DNA of 64,000 nt from an uncultured Ignavibacteria bacterium. Its GTDB lineage: Bacteria; Zixibacteria; MSB-5A5; CAIYYT01. Where the stretch lies: contig CAZTYE010000005.1 in the NCBI GenBank assembly GCA_964617645.1, forward strand, positions 73,350 to 137,349, read 5' to 3'. A program made the position numbers and the translations under genes. Numbering within the stretch: position 1 is the stretch's first letter; every line of letters starts with the position of its first letter. The notes under the pieces were generated by a model. The model was given only the letters and a program-made list of their open reading frames with translations. It was not told where the DNA came from and did no database searches. Positions 1 to 10,280 of the stretch are shown here, piece after piece.

Positions 1-1364
1 CCGGCGATCAAGCCGGAGAGGATATTCAGCGACGCGCCGCCTTCACGCGACGACGCTACAACTTCCTTAACATGGCGCGATTTGGTTGACGTGAAAATCT
101 TAACCAGTTCGGGAATAATCGCTCCCGCCAGAGTGCCGCAGGAAATGATCGAAGCCAACTTCCACCACAGCGTGCTGTCGCCGCCAAGATTCGGAATCAT
201 CAAATACGAAATCAAGTAGGTCATGATGATCGAAACGATCGAAGTGATCCAAACCAGTGACGTGAGCGGCGCCTCAAAGTTGAAGCTCGGCAGTTTCGAG
301 TACTTCGCCTTCGCAATGATGCTGTTAATCCAGTACGATCCGATCGACGTCACGATCATCATCACGCGCATCGCGAAAATCCACACCAGAAGCTGAACTT
401 GATTTTCAGGATTCAAAACCGCGAGAAGGATGAACGTGATCAAAGCGACACCGGTCACGCCGTAGGTCTCGAATCCGTCAGCCGTCGGCCCAACCGAGTC
501 GCCGGCATTGTCGCCGGTACAATCGGCAATCACCCCGGGATTGCGGGCATCGTCCTCTTTGATGTTGAAGACGATTTTCATCAAATCGGACCCGATATCG
601 GCGATCTTCGTGAAGATACCGCCCGCAATGCGTAGCGCCGCGGCGCCGAGCGATTCACCAACCGCGAAACCGATGAAACAGTAACCCGCCAGATTCCCCG
701 GCACCCAGAGCAGAATCGCCAGCATGATGATCAGCTCGATGGAGATTAACAGCGTGCCGACGCTGATTCCGGCGCGGAGGGGAATTTCGTAAGTCGGAAA
801 GGCGGCGCCGGTCAGCGAGGCAAACGCCGAACGTGAATTCGCAAAGGTGTTGATTCGAATTCCGAACCAGGCCACGATGTAGCTGCCGGCAATACCGATC
901 AAGCTGAAGAGAATAATAATCATCAAGTTCGCCGCGCCGACCGGACGCAGCCAGCCGAAGTAGACGACCATGATGATCGCAATGAACGCCCACAGGAGCA
1001 GGATGAAACGCCCCTGAGTCAGCAGGTAGGTCTTGCAGGTTTCGTAGATCAGTTCTGAGATTTCAGCCATCGATTTATGAACCGGTAGCCCTTTTAATCC
1101 CCGAAACATGAACCAGCCGAACAGCATGCCGAGGAAGCAGACCACGATGCCGATCAACAGCAGCGTGTAGCCGTCCATCCCGAAAAATTCTTGCTGGCCG
1201 AGGTCCGGAACCTTGATATCGGCTTCGCCGGCCATCAGCGTCGGCGCGATGCTCAACACCAACGCCATCGCCAGCATCAGGGGAATTAAAGTCGCTTTGA
1301 GTGTGAACCGTCTCTTCACAGGACCCTCATTGCTAAATGTTGAATGTTTCTTGCTCACCGTCAT
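1..1364 (-). CDS. hppA: Membrane-bound H+/Na+-translocating pyrophosphatase, partial: N-terminal ~455 aa, gene continues past the window start
   Basis: My minus-strand translation from the ATG at 1364..1362 gives a multi-TM protein with V-PPase motifs (GGIFTKIADIGSDLMKIV, DCTGDNAGDSVGPTADGFETYG). The ORF runs off the window edge, so it is missing from the ORF track. Confidence 0.85.
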   Translation of the reverse strand, partial: MTVSKKHSTFSNEGPVKRRFTLKATLIPLMLAMALVLSIAPTLMAGEADIKVPDLGQQEFFGMDGYTLLLIGIVVCFLGMLFGWFMFRGLKGLPVHKSMAEISELIYETCKTYLLTQGRFILLLWAFIAIIMVVYFGWLRPVGAANLMIIILFSLIGIAGSYIVAWFGIRINTFANSRSAFASLTGAAFPTYEIPLRAGISVGTLLISIELIIMLAILLWVPGNLAGYCFIGFAVGESLGAAALRIAGGIFTKIADIGSDLMKIVFNIKEDDARNPGVIADCTGDNAGDSVGPTADGFETYGVTGVALITFILLAVLNPENQVQLLVWIFAMRVMMIVTSIGSYWINSIIAKAKYSKLPSFNFEAPLTSLVWITSIVSIIMTYLISYLMIPNLGGDSTLWWKLASIISCGTLAGAIIPELVKIFTSTKSRHVKEVVASSREGGASLNILSGLIA

Positions 1365-1465
1365 GTCATCATTGCAGCGCGAGTGCGACCCCAGTCCCGA
1401 GCGGTCGGAAACATCGGGCGCTTCTCGCTCCAAAGTGGCGGTGAATATATGGGAACGTCTCGGGC

Positions 1466-2221
1466 TTAGCCACACAAAACTGCGCCGCCGTTAACATTGA
1501 GAATCTCGCCGGTGATAAACGTGGATAACTCGGATGCCATAAACAATATTGGCCCGGCGATTTCCTCGGCGGTTCCGGCGCGACCCAAAGGAATCAAGCG
1601 CAAATGCCGCTCAGCATCGGCGGCGACCAACTCGGCGTGGCTCATATCGGTATCCACCCAGCCGGGCGCCACGCAATTGACGCGGATGTTAAACGGCGCC
1701 AACTCCGGCGCCAGCGATTTGGTCAGGCTGATTACCGCGCCTTTGCTGGCGGCGTAATGGCTGTGAAACGCCTCGCCGCGCTGACCCGCCGTCGACGCGA
1801 TGTGGATGATGTTGCCAATGCGTCTTTGCTTCATGTGGCCGACGACGGCGGTTGTGAGGAAGAACACTCCCTTGATGTTGACATCGAGCATCTCAGTTAG
1901 TTCTTCCTCCGACATCGAATCAATCGCTGCTTCTTTCCAAATTCCCGCATTATTCACGAGAATGTCGATTTGACCAAGGCTGTCGACAGCAAAGCGAGCC
2001 ATGGCTTCGCAGTCGGCTTGCTTGGAAACATCCGCCCGGTAAGCAAACGCCTTCACGCCCAGCTTCTTGCATTTGGCGACGACGTCGGTCGCGGCGCGTT
2101 CGTTGTTGAGATAATTAACGACTACGTGGCAACCCGCCTGCGCGAACATTATCGCCGTCGCACGACCGATCCCACGCGATGCGCCGGTAATGATGGCGGT
2201 CTTGTCTTTGAGAGATATCAT
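1466..2221 (-). CDS. SDR family oxidoreductase, FabG-like 3-oxoacyl-ACP reductase
   Basis: 251 aa. TGASRGIG Rossmann motif, NNAG, and a YxxxK catalytic pair (YAASKGAV). Confidence 0.85.
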   Translation of the reverse strand: MISLKDKTAIITGASRGIGRATAIMFAQAGCHVVVNYLNNERAATDVVAKCKKLGVKAFAYRADVSKQADCEAMARFAVDSLGQIDILVNNAGIWKEAAIDSMSEEELTEMLDVNIKGVFFLTTAVVGHMKQRRIGNIIHIASTAGQRGEAFHSHYAASKGAVISLTKSLAPELAPFNIRVNCVAPGWVDTDMSHAELVAADAERHLRLIPLGRAGTAEEIAGPILFMASELSTFITGEILNVNGGAVLCG

Positions 2222-2385
2222 TCCACCTCCAAGAAAATAAATTCAGAATGAGGTGATGATACTCGTGTGAGTTGAGGTTGAGAAGACATTTATCAACGCG
2301 CCTCCAGCCGTTGACGGTCAGGCGCTCCGGCCACGCGGTGCGGGACGGAACCTTGTGCAAAGTACCAGCGTAGCAATGATAGTGA

Positions 2386-3123
2386 TTGGAAGGAGGAAGC
2401 CTGAAATTCCAGAACGCCTACGATGAGCAGCGCGCCAAAGCCTATGCGACGCTCAAATTTCACGATACCTATTATCTGGCCTTTCGCGACCTGCCACGAC
2501 TGATTGCCGATCATGTTCGTGGAAAAGAAGCGCTGGACTTTGGTTGTGGAGCCGGCCGTTCGACGCGGTTTTTGCGGCAACTTGGAATGCAGACTATCGG
2601 GGTAGACATTTCGACCGGCATGCTCGCACATGCGCAAACCATCGATCCGAAGGGGGATTACCGCCTGATCGGCGACGGCGATCTCAGCTCATTCGCGGCA
2701 GGGGCATTCGATCTGATACTCTCCGCCTTCAGTTTCGACAACATCCCCGGGGAGGATCACAAGGTCGCAATCTTCAGGGAACTCAACCGGGTCCTCCGAC
2801 GCGACGGACACATGGTAAATCTCGTATCGACTCCGAACATATACCTCTACGAGTGGGCAACCTTTACCACGGCCCAATTCAAAGAAAACCGTGAAGCGAA
2901 ACCGGGCGACATTGTCAGGACAATCACCAAAAATTCGGCCGATTCGCGTCCCTGTGATGACATCCTTTGGCCGGACGAAGATTATCGGCGTGTGTATGCC
3001 GCGGCCGGATTCAAAGTGGTCGAGAAACTTCTGCCTTTAGCTGACGGCAGCGAGCCGTACGAATGGGTTAATGAGACGCACATCGCGCCGTGGGCGATCT
3101 ATTTGCTGAAACCTGTGATCTGA
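2386..3123 (+). CDS. Class I SAM-dependent methyltransferase
   Basis: 245 aa with the DFGCGAGRST motif I. A TTG start is implied by the in-frame TGA just upstream. Confidence 0.75.
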   Translation: MEGGSLKFQNAYDEQRAKAYATLKFHDTYYLAFRDLPRLIADHVRGKEALDFGCGAGRSTRFLRQLGMQTIGVDISTGMLAHAQTIDPKGDYRLIGDGDLSSFAAGAFDLILSAFSFDNIPGEDHKVAIFRELNRVLRRDGHMVNLVSTPNIYLYEWATFTTAQFKENREAKPGDIVRTITKNSADSRPCDDILWPDEDYRRVYAAAGFKVVEKLLPLADGSEPYEWVNETHIAPWAIYLLKPVI

Positions 3124-3148
3124 GTGCGGTGCAGCCGCGAGAGTCCTG

Positions 3149-3182
3149 CAAAAGAAGTAGGCGGGCCTCAATGAGGCCCGCC
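3149..3182 (-). terminator. Probable intrinsic terminator of the ferritin gene, in the convergent gap with the methyltransferase gene
   Basis: GC-rich hairpin GGCGGGCCTCA/TGAGGCCCGCC at 3160..3182, followed on the minus strand by CTTCTTTTG. Confidence 0.45.
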
Positions 3183-3260
3183 CGACTACGTGACTATTTC
3201 GAACCACAAAAAGGTTATCGCGTGCGCGCCACGGCAGTGCGCCCACGCACAGTCAATCAC

Positions 3261-3758
3261 TTACTCGCCGCGAAGACTAAAAATACGGCCTTCAAGCATG
3301 AAGAGATGAATCTTCTGGTCGCCGGCAGCTTCCACCATCGCCAGAAGCTTCTGCGCCGTGACGACTTCCTCCACTTGCTCGTCGACAAACCACATCAGAA
3401 AGTTTTCGCTCGCCTTGTCGTTGTTCTTGGCGGCGACATCGACGCATTCGTTGATGCACTTCGTGATGTGCTTCTCATGATCGAGCGCCGTCTGCACGAT
3501 CTCCTTCACCGACTTGTAATCGGCTTTGGGTGCGTCAAGCACCGGCAACTTCACGGTCGCGCCAACCTCGACCAGGAAGTTGGCGATCTTCGTCGCGTGC
3601 TGCAATTCTTCGCCGGCCTGCTGCTCGAACCACTTGGCGAAGCCGTGATGTCCCTGGTTGTGCAGATTGTACGACATCTGCAGATAGATCCAGTAGGAGG
3701 CAAACTCTTCCTTGACCTGCGCATTGAGTTTGTCGGCTACAGCTTTCGGAATTAACAT
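3261..3758 (-). CDS. Ferritin (non-haem Ftn-type)
   Basis: 165 aa with ferritin-like di-iron carboxylate signatures (EEFASYWIY..., E-x-x-H region QQAGEELQHATK). Confidence 0.85.
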   Translation of the reverse strand: MLIPKAVADKLNAQVKEEFASYWIYLQMSYNLHNQGHHGFAKWFEQQAGEELQHATKIANFLVEVGATVKLPVLDAPKADYKSVKEIVQTALDHEKHITKCINECVDVAAKNNDKASENFLMWFVDEQVEEVVTAQKLLAMVEAAGDQKIHLFMLEGRIFSLRGE

Positions 3759-3987
3759 CGCGTATTACTCCTTCATCATCAGCGTGCTCTCGATCGGGCA
3801 CGGTTAAAGCACCAATTGCAGTTATACGATAGGCGCACGCCGTCAATTTGTGAACATCTTAGCAAGATTTCTCTTCGGGGCAAGCCCTAAATCGGACCGC
3901 GAGTTGCGATGCCCCGAACCAGGCTGCAAAACAGCCGCCGACAAACTGCTGGGAAATGAATCTCCTTCTTTCACTCGAGCGCGCAGT

Positions 3988-5484
3988 TCAGAGCGGCAGT
4001 TTCTGATCCACACGTAATTGCAAGTGCGGGATGAGACGCTCCAGAACATGAAACTGCGAGTACGAAGCCCAGGCGCGGCGCATCGCACGCGTCGCAAATG
4101 CCATCCGTTCGGCGTCGTGATTCAAGTAATAATCAAACATCCCAGCGTATTCTCTTGGAGTCGCTGCGCTTGCAACTTCATCGTCACGGTAGAGAGAGCT
4201 GAGCGCCTGCGGTCGATCGCAAAGTTGGAAAGCTCCGCAGGCGGCAAGCACGTGCGCGCGCTCGTTCACTTCGTTGCCGGTCTCGATCTGGGCCTGTAGG
4301 TGAAAATTCGGACAAATGGCAGCGAAGTTGTATAGCAGTGCGGCGTCTGATTGACCGATATTGCCGAATCTCCCCGGCCAACCGACGCCCGCGAGAATGC
4401 CGCTTCGGTTCCGTACGACAGGCAATAGGTAAGCTTCCGTTTCGCGCAACTTTAGGGGTGAATTCGTACCGACGAAAGCGAAATCCCAAAGTGTGCGCGC
4501 CGGATGCGCGTAGTGAATGAGTGGGTTGAATGCAAATGGAAGCGAGATTACCGGTTTGCGACGCCGTGCAATATTCTCGTTGGACTCCGGCTGCAGATGG
4601 AATGTGATGTACAAATCGGCATCGCGTTGCTGCTTGCTGAACTCGCTCACGTAGATGATCGTTGTGCCGGCGCTTGTTAGTCGCTCCAGATTCTCGTTCG
4701 AGATGGCCCCTAAAACGGCGTCGGAATCAACCGACACGAATGCGCTTGCAGAGAAAGCCAGATCGGCATCGTCGAGACTCTCCCCGGCGATTTTCAGGCG
4801 CGTGCCAATTCCCATATACTGCAGTGATTGTTGCCAGCTCTCGAAAATGTAAAACAACGCGCCCATTGTGACGCTTGGCGCGTAGAACAGAACCCGCAGA
4901 TTCAGCGCCCGATACTTGTCCCGATACTGAGCCAGCAGGGCGTCGCGCAATCGGTGATTTTCTTTAACCAGCGCCATTCTGCCTTCGTCCGGAAAGAATT
5001 CGGAGAACCACCGCAACTGTGCCACCAGTGGGCTGGTTTTGAGCGCAGCGTTAGAGTCGGCGAGCGTCAGCCGACCATATAGCGAGCAAAGATTCATCCG
5101 CGCATCGAGATCGCTCGGTGCAAGCTCCAAGCTGCGTGTGAAGTAATTGAGCGCGGCCTCGTAGCTTCCGGCATGACACAGCATCACGCCGACATTGTTG
5201 AGAGTGCGGTGATCGTTCGGATCAAGTTGCAGCGCCCGTTGAGTCGAGCGGACGGCGGCATCGATGTTATTTAGCGCAAACTGGCTCTCACCAAGTCCGC
5301 GCCAAACCGTTGCATTCGACGGGTCGAACTCAAGCGCCATTTGAAACGCTTCCTCGGCGCCGCTATAATCCCTGGCTACCAGGAGCTTCTCGGCGCGCTG
5401 AAGCGCTAACGTCTGGTTTGATGTCTCGAGAACATCCATGATATCATCTTCGGCAATCTGCCGTAAGTTCTTGAGCCGCAACAA
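3988..5484 (-). CDS. TPR-repeat protein fused to a CgeB-like glycosyltransferase domain
   Basis: 498 aa. N-terminal TPR-like repeats (AEEAFQMALEFDPSNA..., ALQLDPNDHR...). The C-terminal half resembles spore-maturation CgeB / glycosyltransferase family domains. Confidence 0.55.
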   Translation of the reverse strand: MLRLKNLRQIAEDDIMDVLETSNQTLALQRAEKLLVARDYSGAEEAFQMALEFDPSNATVWRGLGESQFALNNIDAAVRSTQRALQLDPNDHRTLNNVGVMLCHAGSYEAALNYFTRSLELAPSDLDARMNLCSLYGRLTLADSNAALKTSPLVAQLRWFSEFFPDEGRMALVKENHRLRDALLAQYRDKYRALNLRVLFYAPSVTMGALFYIFESWQQSLQYMGIGTRLKIAGESLDDADLAFSASAFVSVDSDAVLGAISNENLERLTSAGTTIIYVSEFSKQQRDADLYITFHLQPESNENIARRRKPVISLPFAFNPLIHYAHPARTLWDFAFVGTNSPLKLRETEAYLLPVVRNRSGILAGVGWPGRFGNIGQSDAALLYNFAAICPNFHLQAQIETGNEVNERAHVLAACGAFQLCDRPQALSSLYRDDEVASAATPREYAGMFDYYLNHDAERMAFATRAMRRAWASYSQFHVLERLIPHLQLRVDQKLPL

Positions 5485-5554
5485 CTCAAGAAAATTGCAA
5501 ACTCTGCCGAAATTGTGTGAAACACAACTAATCTAATTGAGGCGAGGACGCATC

Positions 5555-6688
5555 ATGTCAGTAGCAATGGAAATTTTAGAGTGGCTTGATCCTACCGGCG
5601 AGGAAATGATCTTTCGGCTTCCGCAAGAAGGCTCGGCCGATTTCAAATTGGGCGCGCAACTGATCGTGCGCGATAGTCAGATGGCGGTTTTCTTCAAGGA
5701 TGGTCACGCCGCCGATTCATTCACGGTCGGTCGTCACACGCTCACGACGTTAAACATCCCGATCCTCACGCGGCTTCTGTCATTGCCGTGGGGATTCACT
5801 TCGCCATTCCGCGCCGAGGTGTACTTCATCAATCTCAAGACCTTCGTAAGTCTCAAGTGGGGAACCAAGCATCCGGTCACGTTCCGAGACAGCAAACTCG
5901 GTTTGATCCGGTTGCGCGGTCACGGCGCCTTCACGATGAAGATCGCCGAGCCGATTCTCTTCTTGAACACCATCGTCGGTCGCCAGGCGCGCTACACCAC
6001 CGATCAGATTCAGGAGTATCTACGCGATGTCATCATCGCCCGCATGAACGATATGCTCGGCGAGAAACTCGACTCGATACTGGAACTGCCGAAGCAGTAC
6101 GACGAGTTGGCGGCGGAATTCAAGAAGCGTGTCGTCGATGAGTTCGACAAATACGGACTTGAGTTGAAGGACTTCTACATCGGATCGATCACCCCGCCGG
6201 AAGACGTCGCCAAGCTCATTGACCAGCGATCGGGCATGGAGGCAATTGGTGACCTCGACAGATTCTTCAAATTCGAAATGGCGCGGGGATTGTCTAATTC
6301 GGGAATCGCCGGACAAACCGGTTCGACCCTCGGGATGGCGGCGGGCGTCGGCGTCATGATGCCGACAATGATGTCGCGCGTCTTTTCGCCGGAGCAGACC
6401 GAGTTGCGCACCCACTCGCTGCCAACCGTCACCTGCCCTAAGTGCCATACCGATACACCGGAGCAATCGCGCTTCTGCTATCGCTGCGGCAATCCCATGG
6501 TGCTGCAGAATGCCTGCCCGAAATGCACGGCAGTGCTGCCCAGCGAGGCCAAGTTTTGTCATCAATGCGGCTTGCAACTCGACGCGCGAACGCGCTGCCC
6601 GCATTGTCAGGCGGATCTGATTTCCGGCTCGCGCTTCTGCGGCTCGTGCGGCAAGGAAGTTGGTGGTGGCGACACCTCCGGCCGCTAA
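5555..6688 (+). CDS. SPFH/band-7 domain protein (virion-core-like, YdjI-type) with C-terminal tandem zinc ribbons
   Basis: ATG at 5555 preceded by GAGGCGAGGA. SPFH-like core, then CPKCHTDTPEQSRFCYRCG, CPKCTAVLPSEAKFCHQCG and CPHCQADLISGSRFCGSCG. Confidence 0.75.
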   Translation: MSVAMEILEWLDPTGEEMIFRLPQEGSADFKLGAQLIVRDSQMAVFFKDGHAADSFTVGRHTLTTLNIPILTRLLSLPWGFTSPFRAEVYFINLKTFVSLKWGTKHPVTFRDSKLGLIRLRGHGAFTMKIAEPILFLNTIVGRQARYTTDQIQEYLRDVIIARMNDMLGEKLDSILELPKQYDELAAEFKKRVVDEFDKYGLELKDFYIGSITPPEDVAKLIDQRSGMEAIGDLDRFFKFEMARGLSNSGIAGQTGSTLGMAAGVGVMMPTMMSRVFSPEQTELRTHSLPTVTCPKCHTDTPEQSRFCYRCGNPMVLQNACPKCTAVLPSEAKFCHQCGLQLDARTRCPHCQADLISGSRFCGSCGKEVGGGDTSGR

Positions 6689-8066
6689 TCGCGGGTTCAG
6701 TATCAGCGCCGGCTGTCCGGCCTGCGGCGGCGAGCTTCAGCTCGACGAAAATTTCTCCGTCACGCACTGCGGTCACTGCGGTTCGGTGGTCCGGCTGCGG
6801 CTGCCGAGCACGCCGCCGGCGTGGTTAGTCAAGTGCCGCATCGATCGCCTGCGCGTGCGTTTTTTCGTCGACCGCTATCTCACCGAACGGACGCGTCCGC
6901 TCAGCGACCCCGCACTCGAGATCGAAGGCTTCTACGCGCCGTATTGGAAAATCGATGCCTTGCTGCTGCGGCTACGGCATCACATCGACAAACGTTTTGT
7001 CTTTTCGGACGTGGGTGCTGCTCAGGATGTGCGCGAAATAGAGCAAGAAGCCAGTTCGACGCTGCTTTCGCCATACTCGGTCACCATTGCGGCTGTCGCC
7101 GCAGTCCTGCCGGTTCCGGCTTCGCTTGGTCTGCGCGCAGAGATTATGAAGCTGCGGCCGTTCGCTACCGAAATCGTCGACGGCGACTTCGCGCTACTCA
7201 ATCCGTCGCTAAACGAGGCCGGTGCAGTGGCGCAAGCGGTGGAAATCGCCGCAAACCTCGATCGCTCAACGACGTCGACGAATCGCCGAAACTCGTCGCG
7301 TCTCTTTGCCCAGCGGAGTGGCATCATCTATCAACCATTCTATCTCGTGCGAGGCCGCAGCGGTGAAAATCGCCTCTCACTGCTCGTCGATGCCACGAAC
7401 GGCGACGTGGGTGAATGGAATTCGCGCGCCGCGCTCGAAAGCAGCGGCGGCACCGGCGTCGGCTTTGCCGCCGTTCAGGTTGAATTACACCAGTGTGGAA
7501 ACTGCGGGTCGGGGCTTCCGGAAGTAAACTCACTGTTGCACGTCTGTCCGGATTGCGACAATGTGGTACTACTCGATCCGGAAATCAGAACCGGGCAGCC
7601 ACCGCTGCTGTTCGGGCCGATCGCGGAAGCGCACAACGAGTTGTTTCCGTTTTGGATATTGCCCCTCAGTGGCGACATCGCTGCGAGAGTTCGGCGTCAT
7701 ATCGGTGCGACGAATCCGGTGACGAATTTGGTGGTGCCGGCATTTCCGTTACGCAATTACGAAACGCTGTACAAACTCTCGTTGCGTATGACCGCCGCCA
7801 TCACCCAATTCACTCCCCAGGAGAGCGACGCTTGGCCGGTCGGCGCCGCTCCCGTAGCAGTCTCCGCTTCACGGGCGCGCGCCCTCGCGAGCGCCATCGT
7901 CGCACGGAGCGTGGCCGCCAGAGAAGGGAAGATCGACGCAGCGGCAGCATGCGGCTTTGCCGAAGCGAATCCGCGCCTGCTGCTTGCGTCATTCCGTGAA
8001 GAAGGCTACTTCTTCATGGACGATCATCTCAATGTCGTGACATTTGAACGCGCAGCGCTTTCCTGA
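6660..8066 (+). CDS. Zinc-ribbon domain hypothetical protein, partner of the upstream SPFH gene
   Basis: 468 aa. Overlaps the upstream gene by ~29 nt. N-terminal CPACGG...HCGHCG and a second ribbon HQCGNCG...CPDCD. The start codon is uncertain. Confidence 0.5.
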   Translation: MVVATPPAANRGFSISAGCPACGGELQLDENFSVTHCGHCGSVVRLRLPSTPPAWLVKCRIDRLRVRFFVDRYLTERTRPLSDPALEIEGFYAPYWKIDALLLRLRHHIDKRFVFSDVGAAQDVREIEQEASSTLLSPYSVTIAAVAAVLPVPASLGLRAEIMKLRPFATEIVDGDFALLNPSLNEAGAVAQAVEIAANLDRSTTSTNRRNSSRLFAQRSGIIYQPFYLVRGRSGENRLSLLVDATNGDVGEWNSRAALESSGGTGVGFAAVQVELHQCGNCGSGLPEVNSLLHVCPDCDNVVLLDPEIRTGQPPLLFGPIAEAHNELFPFWILPLSGDIAARVRRHIGATNPVTNLVVPAFPLRNYETLYKLSLRMTAAITQFTPQESDAWPVGAAPVAVSASRARALASAIVARSVAAREGKIDAAAACGFAEANPRLLLASFREEGYFFMDDHLNVVTFERAALS

Positions 8067-8100
8067 GCGCGGGGACTTAACTACTCAAAGCTCGATCCAC

Positions 8101-8409
8101 TCACTCGACGATATTGAATATCTCCCGGCGTCCGGATTCGGCCAAGGGGATGAATCGCTCGTACCATGCGCGCCATTCTTTGTAGGACGACGTGCCCATG
8201 GCCTTTGCATGGGCGGCCTCGAATGCCGTCAAACTCTCATAGGTCGATTCAAACACCAACGTATAATAGGGAGCGCCGGTCAAGTCGGTGCAGACACGCC
8301 CCGGCGGCAAACCGACTTTCTTCATGAATTCGGTGCCTTCCTTCCAGGCTGCGATGGCCTCGCGGGCTTTGCCGAATTTCAGTTGAAAGATGTCGCGAAC
8401 GAGAATCAT
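8101..8409 (-). CDS. Small hypothetical protein, possibly a dimeric alpha/beta-barrel stress-type fold
   Basis: 102-aa ORF with plausible coding composition. No recognisable motif. Confidence 0.4.
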   Translation of the reverse strand: MILVRDIFQLKFGKAREAIAAWKEGTEFMKKVGLPPGRVCTDLTGAPYYTLVFESTYESLTAFEAAHAKAMGTSSYKEWRAWYERFIPLAESGRREIFNIVE

Positions 8410-8662
8410 AACTTCCTCCGGAAACTAAGAGAGAATGGAAATGGTCATGGTCATGCCTGCTGTCGCATCGATGATAAATCCATAATATCCACTTTGAAGC
8501 CCGTCGTCAATGCTGATGTTCGGGAAAGCTCAATCTCCTCGGTGGTGTAGGCACGGCTCCTGCCGGATCGGAGAATACCGACCAGCAATATCCGACCAAC
8601 GTATGGGCGGGTCCGCGCGAGACAAGCCCTGTATTGTCAGCGATCGGAAATGAACTTGAAAA

Positions 8663-9493
8663 TCACTCTGTGTTCGCGAGTGAGACCTCAAGCCAGATCT
8701 CGCTTGTCTGGTCGAAGTTCCCGCGCGGCGGGCCGCCCTGGGGTCGTCCTCCTCCCATCCCGCCCCCGGGACCGCCGCCCGGGTGTCCGCCTCCGCCGGC
8801 AGGCGGCCCAAATCCTCCTGAGTCCTTTCCGCGATGTTCCTTCATCTTGGCCTTTTCGTCGTCGGTCATGTATCCGAATTCGAGCCCGAGTCGAAGTTTG
8901 CTGTTTTCCGTCATTCCGAGTGCGATCGTCTGGTCGTTCAGCGCTGTGAGTGGGATGCGCCATTCATAGAGATATGTCCCGGCGCTGAAACCGGAAGCCA
9001 CCATCGGCCCGCGCTCGCCCGTCTGCGGGATCTCCTCCACTTGGCCTTTCCGAACGACCTGAATGAACTGCCGGGCGTGGGCCTGCTCTTCCAACATCTC
9101 ATCGCGACGCCGCGCAAACTCCGGAGCGGCCTGATTGGCGCGTTCGTCGAGTCGGCTTTTCGGAATTCCGCCGCGATAGCGCAGGCCCAGGTTGCGGTTT
9201 TTCTTGCCGTCGAGATTCACCCAGATCGTCAGGCCGCGCGTTTCCATTTGCCGCACGACGTTTGGGTCGCGCGACAGGGCGATGAGATAAACATTCGCGC
9301 TATCTTGGCGCAGCGCGATCGCGGTGTTATCGTCATCGAAATAGCTGAATGCGGCATCGCGCCAGTCATCGGCGCTGCCGTCCACGAAAACGCCGCCATT
9401 TGTCGCGACGCTGCTTATCTTGCCATCCTCGGCAAGTGCTGCGGCGCAGATCGCGATCGCGAAACAGTAGGCCAGTACGAGTAAGCGTCGCAT
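8663..9493 (-). CDS. Secreted hypothetical protein with a Gly/Pro-rich C-terminal tail
   Basis: The internal Met at 9493 gives a signal peptide, MRRLLVLAYCFAIAICAAALA. The C-terminus is GGFGPPAGGGGHPGGGPGGGMGGGRPQGGPPRG. Confidence 0.5.
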   Translation of the reverse strand: MRRLLVLAYCFAIAICAAALAEDGKISSVATNGGVFVDGSADDWRDAAFSYFDDDNTAIALRQDSANVYLIALSRDPNVVRQMETRGLTIWVNLDGKKNRNLGLRYRGGIPKSRLDERANQAAPEFARRRDEMLEEQAHARQFIQVVRKGQVEEIPQTGERGPMVASGFSAGTYLYEWRIPLTALNDQTIALGMTENSKLRLGLEFGYMTDDEKAKMKEHRGKDSGGFGPPAGGGGHPGGGPGGGMGGGRPQGGPPRGNFDQTSEIWLEVSLANTE

Positions 9494-9609
9494 CGCAGAG
9501 AATCCTTCCGTAGTACGGTTGCTTCGTGCCCAGTCATCGATACAACCATTGGACAACGCCACGCTCTTCATTCTTGCGACACGTCAGTGCCGGCGCTGCT
9601 GCGAGGACG

Positions 9610-10197
9610 TTAGCGGTAGCTGTATTTCGGCTGCCACTTGTCGGCGCCACGCGGCAACAAGTCGAATAAGTGCCAGGTCGCACAGAAATCATCACCCGGC
9701 CCGAAATAGGCGTGAGCGATGCGATACATCCTTCCTTCTGAGTCTCGACGAAACGTCGAAACCCCCGGCCATGGCGACCCGTTCTCGCCTTCGAACCCGA
9801 GGTCTTTGCCGAATGACGTGCCACGATAGGAGTAGATCGGGAATTTCCAGCGTCGCCCCTTGGCGAAGTCGCGCATGACAATCGGATCATCGGGCGAGAT
9901 CACAACGAATCCGGCGCGATCCGACAGATGCTCGCGCAGACCGTTGAAACCGTCCGCCCACATCGTGCAATAGGCGCAGCGTACGCCCATGTTATGGATC
10001 AGCAGCAGTTCATCTCGGCCGCCGAAAAGTTTGGAGAGGCTGACTTTCTTGCCGCCGCCGGTCGTGAAAACGTAGTCATCCACGGCTTGCGGCGGCACGG
10101 ATTTTCGCAGCTTGGCGAGTTTTTGCTTGTCCTTGAGAATCTGCTTTTCCAATCGTTCGACTTGCTTGAGTCGACCGGCGGTGCTCTTACTGGCCAT
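9610..10197 (-). CDS. DUF899 thioredoxin-like family protein
   Basis: 195 aa. The CAYCTMW motif and overall similarity are typical of the DUF899 family. Confidence 0.65.
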   Translation of the reverse strand: MASKSTAGRLKQVERLEKQILKDKQKLAKLRKSVPPQAVDDYVFTTGGGKKVSLSKLFGGRDELLLIHNMGVRCAYCTMWADGFNGLREHLSDRAGFVVISPDDPIVMRDFAKGRRWKFPIYSYRGTSFGKDLGFEGENGSPWPGVSTFRRDSEGRMYRIAHAYFGPGDDFCATWHLFDLLPRGADKWQPKYSYR

Positions 10198-10280
10198 CGT
10201 CTTGTCCTTTCAATTTCGTCGGTTTTATCAACTGCTACGAAACCTGATACAAGAAGTTCAACGGCGAATTCGCAAAGCAA

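Noticed and set aside
8634-8969. Pro-rich + strand ORFs (PPWGRPPPIPPPGPPPGCPPPP...)
   Set aside because: They are the reverse-complement reading of the Gly/Pro-rich C-terminal tail of the secreted protein at 8663..9493.
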